Program-made: the position numbers and the translations under genes
Source of the DNA: an uncultured virus (IMG/VR IMGVR_UViG_3300049791_000126)
Lineage: Duplodnaviria; Heunggongvirae; Uroviricota; Caudoviricetes
Direction: 5' to 3' (one strand)
Virus record (IMG/VR): IMGVR_UViG_3300049791_000126
Length of the DNA stretch: 20,000 nucleotides
The notes under the pieces: generated by a model
The model's database searches: none
Told to the model about the DNA's origin: nothing
The model's input: only the letters and a program-made list of their open reading frames with translations
In this document: positions 16,859 through 20,000 of the stretch, piece by piece
Layout of the letters: each line of letters begins with the position of its first letter
Position numbering within the stretch: position 1 is the first letter of the stretch

Positions 16859-16939
16859 TTGACAGTCAGCGCGTCGCGCACCGAGGTAGCCCCGAATCCG
16901 ATCTTGGATTCTTTGGACTTTTGTGCGTTTGCTGCCTGA
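16859..16939 (+). CDS. Possible 26-aa small ORF ending AFAA
   Basis: TTG start; (M)TVSASRTEVAPNPILDSLDFCAFAA; no clear RBS. Confidence 0.25.
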   Translation: MTVSASRTEVAPNPILDSLDFCAFAA

Positions 16940-16953
16940 ACCTAGCCGTCATT

Positions 16954-17022
16954 GCCTCCCTAGCTCAGCTGGTATAGCACCGCTCGCTGCGGAGGCCCGA
17001 CGTTCAAATCGTCGGGGAGGCT
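16954..17022 (+). tRNA. tRNA-like gene with a shortened anticodon arm (no assignable anticodon; Thr-like body)
   Basis: Acceptor GCCTCCC/GGGAGGC; D arm GCTC-AGCTGGTA-TAGC; T arm CGACG-TTCAAAT-CGTCG; anticodon arm only CCGC-TCGCT-GCGG (13 nt versus 17). Confidence 0.85.
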
Positions 17023-17029
17023 CCTGTTC

Positions 17030-17107
17030 GCGCTCCTAGCTCAGTTGGTAGAGCGCCCGGTGTAAGCAATCGGGAGGTCAATGGTTCGAGCCCATTGGAG
17101 CGCACCA
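17030..17107 (+). tRNA. tRNA-like gene with an enlarged anticodon arm and encoded CCA
   Basis: Acceptor GCGCTCC/GGAGCGC-ACCA; canonical D and T arms; anticodon arm CCCGG-TGTAAGCAA-TCGGG (19 nt). Confidence 0.9.
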
Positions 17108-17123
17108 CACGAAAGGACACGTC

Positions 17124-17459
17124 ATGCAGAAGCTCTACGTCGTCACCCGGTCAGATCTGAGTCCTGGCGCGATCGTCGCGCAGTCTTGTCACGCGATCAG
17201 CGCCTTCGCGGTGCGCTTCCCCGAAGAACACCGGGCTTGGCACGCGCATGGACAGAACCTCGTCGTACTCGCAGCTACTGATGAGCAGTCGCTCGATCGG
17301 TTGATGAGCACGCTTGAGGACACGCATCAGATCCCATGCACAGCTTTCTTCGAACCCGATCTCAGTGATTCGCTCACGGCCTTTGCCGTTAGTGACCGTG
17401 CAGCAAAGCTGCTGTCATGCCTACCCCTCGCGCTCCGCGAGCCGCGCTGCGCCGCTTAG
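17124..17459 (+). CDS. PTH2-family peptidyl-tRNA hydrolase-like protein
   Basis: KLYVVTRSDLSPGAIVAQSCHA N-terminal motif, LVVL, FFEPDL...LTA; AAGGA RBS. Confidence 0.85.
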   Translation: MQKLYVVTRSDLSPGAIVAQSCHAISAFAVRFPEEHRAWHAHGQNLVVLAATDEQSLDRLMSTLEDTHQIPCTAFFEPDLSDSLTAFAVSDRAAKLLSCLPLALREPRCAA

Positions 17460-17788
17460 TAGTTACCCCCGAACACGTGACCCTCACCATGGGTCAATTC
17501 GTTGGCCCATTCGCGCGCGGTCACCTTCAGGTGCCAGTGGACGTGCTTCAGATCCGGAACGCCATTATGCGTGAGCGCCCGCTGGTACTCACGCGGATCG
17601 TCAAACGTGTCGTCAGCCGACTCGCCGGACACCTCGATCAGTTCGTCGTCAGGCACGTCGCGCTTGAAGTCATCGGTAGCCAGACCTTCCTCACCACATT
17701 CGGCATCATAGATCCGGAAGGCATCGTCCCTGCTCGCGGCAGCGTAGAAGCCGCCTTCCGCGAATTCATACAAATGCTTGTCAGCCAT
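17456..17788 (-). CDS. Acidic hypothetical protein
   Basis: 110-aa ORF convergent with the PTH2 gene. Confidence 0.65.
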   Translation of the reverse strand: MADKHLYEFAEGGFYAAASRDDAFRIYDAECGEEGLATDDFKRDVPDDELIEVSGESADDTFDDPREYQRALTHNGVPDLKHVHWHLKVTAREWANELTHGEGHVFGGNY

Positions 17789-18143
17789 TGGGCTTCTTCA
17801 CGAGCTCTCTGAGGTAGATCGTGTCGCCCTTCGCGCTCGGCGAATAGAGCACGTCCTTGTAGCGGAGATTCCCGCGGCCGAGTGTCGCGACGACTTTCTC
17901 GGCCGCAGCGTCGCGCGTCTTGATGGCGTCCTTCACCATCTGTCGGGCGCGGTCGACGACCTTATCGGCCTTCTCCCATTCTTCGAGCAATCGGCGTTTG
18001 GTAGCCTCCGTCGCAAGCTCGGGTTTGGCTGCGAGCGCCAGGGCTTCGAGCCGATCCTTACCGGTGAGCGGCGGCGCTGGCTCTTCAGCGAGATCTTGGC
18101 GGTCTTCACTCATGTTTTGCGGAGTCCTGACTGGGGCATTCAC
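17781..18143 (-). CDS. Hypothetical coiled-coil protein
   Basis: 120-aa ORF (alternative start ATG 18113) downstream of a promoter. Confidence 0.7.
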   Translation of the reverse strand: MNAPVRTPQNMSEDRQDLAEEPAPPLTGKDRLEALALAAKPELATEATKRRLLEEWEKADKVVDRARQMVKDAIKTRDAAAEKVVATLGRGNLRYKDVLYSPSAKGDTIYLRELVKKPNG

Positions 18144-18150
18144 CCGTTTA

Positions 18151-18179
18151 CCACTACGCTGCCATCACAGTGCTGTCAA
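18151..18179 (-). promoter_or_regulatory. Putative sigma70-type promoter
   Basis: TTGACA-N17-TAGTGG; similar to 6135-6163. Confidence 0.55.
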
Positions 18180-18219
18180 TGTAAATACATCGGGGCCAAG
18201 TATCTCGAGGGCCGCCTAG

Positions 18220-18837
18220 GTCTCAGCTTCCGTCGGCACTGAGCAGCCTCCGCACATTCTGGCGAAGCACAAGATCCGGGTGCTGTTCTCGAGTCTCAGC
18301 TTCCGTCGGCGCTGAGCAGCCTCCACACTCGTGAAGCAGCTGAGGAGGCCCTCAAGTAGGACCCAAGTCTCAGCTTCCGTCGGCGCTGAGCAGCCTCCAC
18401 ACAACACTGGGAATCGCCTGCCGGTGGGCACTTCCGGGTCTCAGCTTCCGTCGGCGCTGAGCAGCCTCCACACAAAGAGACCCACCCCGAGCGAGAAGAA
18501 GCCCAACGGGTCTCAGCTTCCGTCGGCGCTGAGCAGCCTCCACACTTGCGTGCTGGTGACAAGCGCTACGCCGTTAGGCGCTTGTCTCAGCTTCCGTCGG
18601 CGCTGAGCAGCCTCCACCGAGGAGATTGGGGCGGGTTGCTGCGCTCGACATGACGTCTCAGCTTCCGTCGGCGCTGAGCAGCCTCCACACTCGTGCAAGT
18701 CAGTACCAGGCGGGATCGTCGCAGCATCGTCTCAGCTTCCGTCGGCGCTGAGCAGCCTCCACACGTTCGAACTCGCCGAGCCCGCCCCAGGCGCTCCAGA
18801 CGTCTCAGCTTCCGTCGGCGCTGAGCAGCCTCCACAC
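18220..18837 (-). CRISPR. CRISPR array 2: 9 repeats, 8 spacers
   Basis: + strand repeat GTCTCAGCTTCCGTCGGCGCTGAGCAGCCTCCACAC at 18220 (2 mismatches), 18293, 18367, 18438, 18510, 18584 (lacks terminal AC), 18655, 18729, 18802; spacers 35-38 bp. Confidence 0.98.
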
Positions 18838-18972
18838 ACGTCTAGTCATAGCAGAACAACTTCGTACCCTTACGAATCGGTTTGCGAGCGGCTCCCCTCG
18901 AGCCTAGTCGTGCAACCATTTTCTCCGCGTTATTTGCACCCTGTACTGGCGCAGCACCTCGGCGCTCGCAAA
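18838..18972 (-). promoter_or_regulatory. CRISPR leader of array 2
   Basis: Homologous to 3027-3170; inverted repeat TTTGCGAGCG (18881-18890) / CGCTCGCAAA (18963-18972). Confidence 0.85.
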
Positions 18973-19019
18973 AGCCCGCGCTGGCGTACTGACGGTTAGC
19001 TGCGGTAAGATCTCTTCCC

Positions 19020-19319
19020 ATGCCGACCCTTCAGCACCCCAACGTTTCCTGGGTAGCTTGCGACAGCTTGGCGCCTGGCGTCTTCCGCTGCGTCTGCCGA
19101 GTCTGCCATGCGCAAATGGAGAACAGCGGATCAGGGCAAGCGGCCGACCAGTTCGCTCGGGTGCATTCAGCACATGAGAGCGCAAGTCCGACGCATTTCG
19201 GACTCGGAGATCTGATTGCCAAAGCGACGAGCGCAGTTGGAATCAAGCCGTGTTCGCCATGTGAGGCGAGGCGACGAGCAATGAATGGGGCGTTCCCACA
19301 GGTGCTGCGGAGACGGTAA
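19020..19319 (+). CDS. Small Cys/His-rich phage-type protein
   Basis: CRVC...H..H and GLGDLIAKATSAVGIKPCSPCEARRRAMN motifs. Confidence 0.7.
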   Translation: MPTLQHPNVSWVACDSLAPGVFRCVCRVCHAQMENSGSGQAADQFARVHSAHESASPTHFGLGDLIAKATSAVGIKPCSPCEARRRAMNGAFPQVLRRR

Positions 19320-20000
19320 CCGAGCTGCCTCCACACGCCATTTTGTCTCACCTCGTCTCGGGTTCCTTCGGCCACGAGCTGCCTCCACACGTTCGGCTCG
19401 CTGGCGCGCGGTTGGTGACGAGCGTCGTCTCGGGTTCCGTCGGCCCCGAGCTGCCTCCACACTTTGAAAAGCTCGTCGAGAATGTAGAGCGTTCCGAGGT
19501 CTCGGGTTCCGTCGGCCCCGAGCTGCCTCCACACGTGACATCGGATGGGCGCGCACTGGAATGAGCCAAAGCAGTCTCGGGTTCCGTCGGCCCCGAGCTG
19601 CCTCCACACTCAAGACTCGCCCGCGCCGCTCGTTGACGGCGCTCGCCGCGTCTCGGATTCCGTCGGCCCCGAGCTGCCTCCACACTCCCGCAACGGCGGC
19701 GGCGCAATGCCGAGCGGCATGTCTCGGATTCCGTCGGCCCCGAGCTGCCTCCACACGTGAAATGCATCTCGGAATGCGTGCTTGAGCTCAGGCTCGTCTC
19801 GGATTCCGTCGGCCCCGAGCTGCCTCCACACAGGCAGGCAACGTGGGGCGACTGCGCAAGATCACGGTCTCGGATTCCGTCGGCCCCGAGCTGCCTCCAC
19901 ACCCTGGAATCCGGGAGCACCGGAGTTCTCCGTTTCCGGTCTCGGATTCCGTCGGCCCCGAGCTGCCTCCACACGGCGCAAACGAGCGAAGCGCCTGCGA
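19320..20000 (-). CRISPR. CRISPR array 3: 1 half repeat plus 9 full repeats, probably continuing past the window end
   Basis: + strand repeat GTCTCGG(G/A)TTCCGTCGGCCCCGAGCTGCCTCCACAC at 19355 (degenerate), 19427, 19499, 19574, 19650, 19721, 19796, 19867, 19939; half repeat 19320-19336; spacers 35-40 bp, first one 18 bp. Confidence 0.98.

Noticed and set aside
17056..17074. Assigning tRNA-like 2 as Leu(AAG), Tyr(GTA) or Thr(TGT)
   Set aside because: The arm is 2 nt too long and no register gives a canonical loop with matching identity elements.
16859..17107. Bona fide tmRNA (one- or two-piece)
   Set aside because: Neither acceptor stem has G3-U70, both RNAs have D stems, and the AFAA frame lies outside the tRNA-like domains.
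19787..19795. Spacer end CTCAGGCTC resembling the 10-bp spacer of array 1
   Set aside because: Too short and gapped to distinguish from chance.
2538..19938. Self-targeting spacers within the window
   Set aside because: No match was found by eye; an exhaustive alignment is still needed.
18216..19974. ORFs overlapping arrays 2 and 3
   Set aside because: Repeat-derived frames, not plausible genes.
1..20000. cas genes or a type V effector in the window
   Set aside because: No RuvC, HNH, HEPN, RAMP or Cas1 motifs were recognised by eye; a highly divergent protein cannot be excluded.

Overview
GC-rich, phage-like or large mobile-element window with no housekeeping genes and no recognisable cas genes. 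Most of it is a dense run of short, translationally coupled hypothetical ORFs, mainly on the minus strand (16761 down to 3188). Recognisable proteins are a Cre/XerD-like tyrosine recombinase, a truncated ParB-like DGQHR protein, a truncated macrodomain fused in frame to an acidic protein, and a PTH2-family peptidyl-tRNA hydrolase. Three CRISPR arrays (2449-3026, 18220-18837, 19320 to the window end) carry different variants of one 36-bp repeat, with compensatory changes in the hairpin. Arrays 1 and 2 have homologous leaders on their right side, implying minus-strand transcription. A plus-strand cassette at 16818-17459 consists of a promoter, a small ORF ending AFAA, two tRNA-like genes with abnormal anticodon arms, and the PTH2 gene. 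A dif/lox-like 10-6-10 palindrome lies just upstream of it. All family calls come from motif recognition by eye; no database searches were run.
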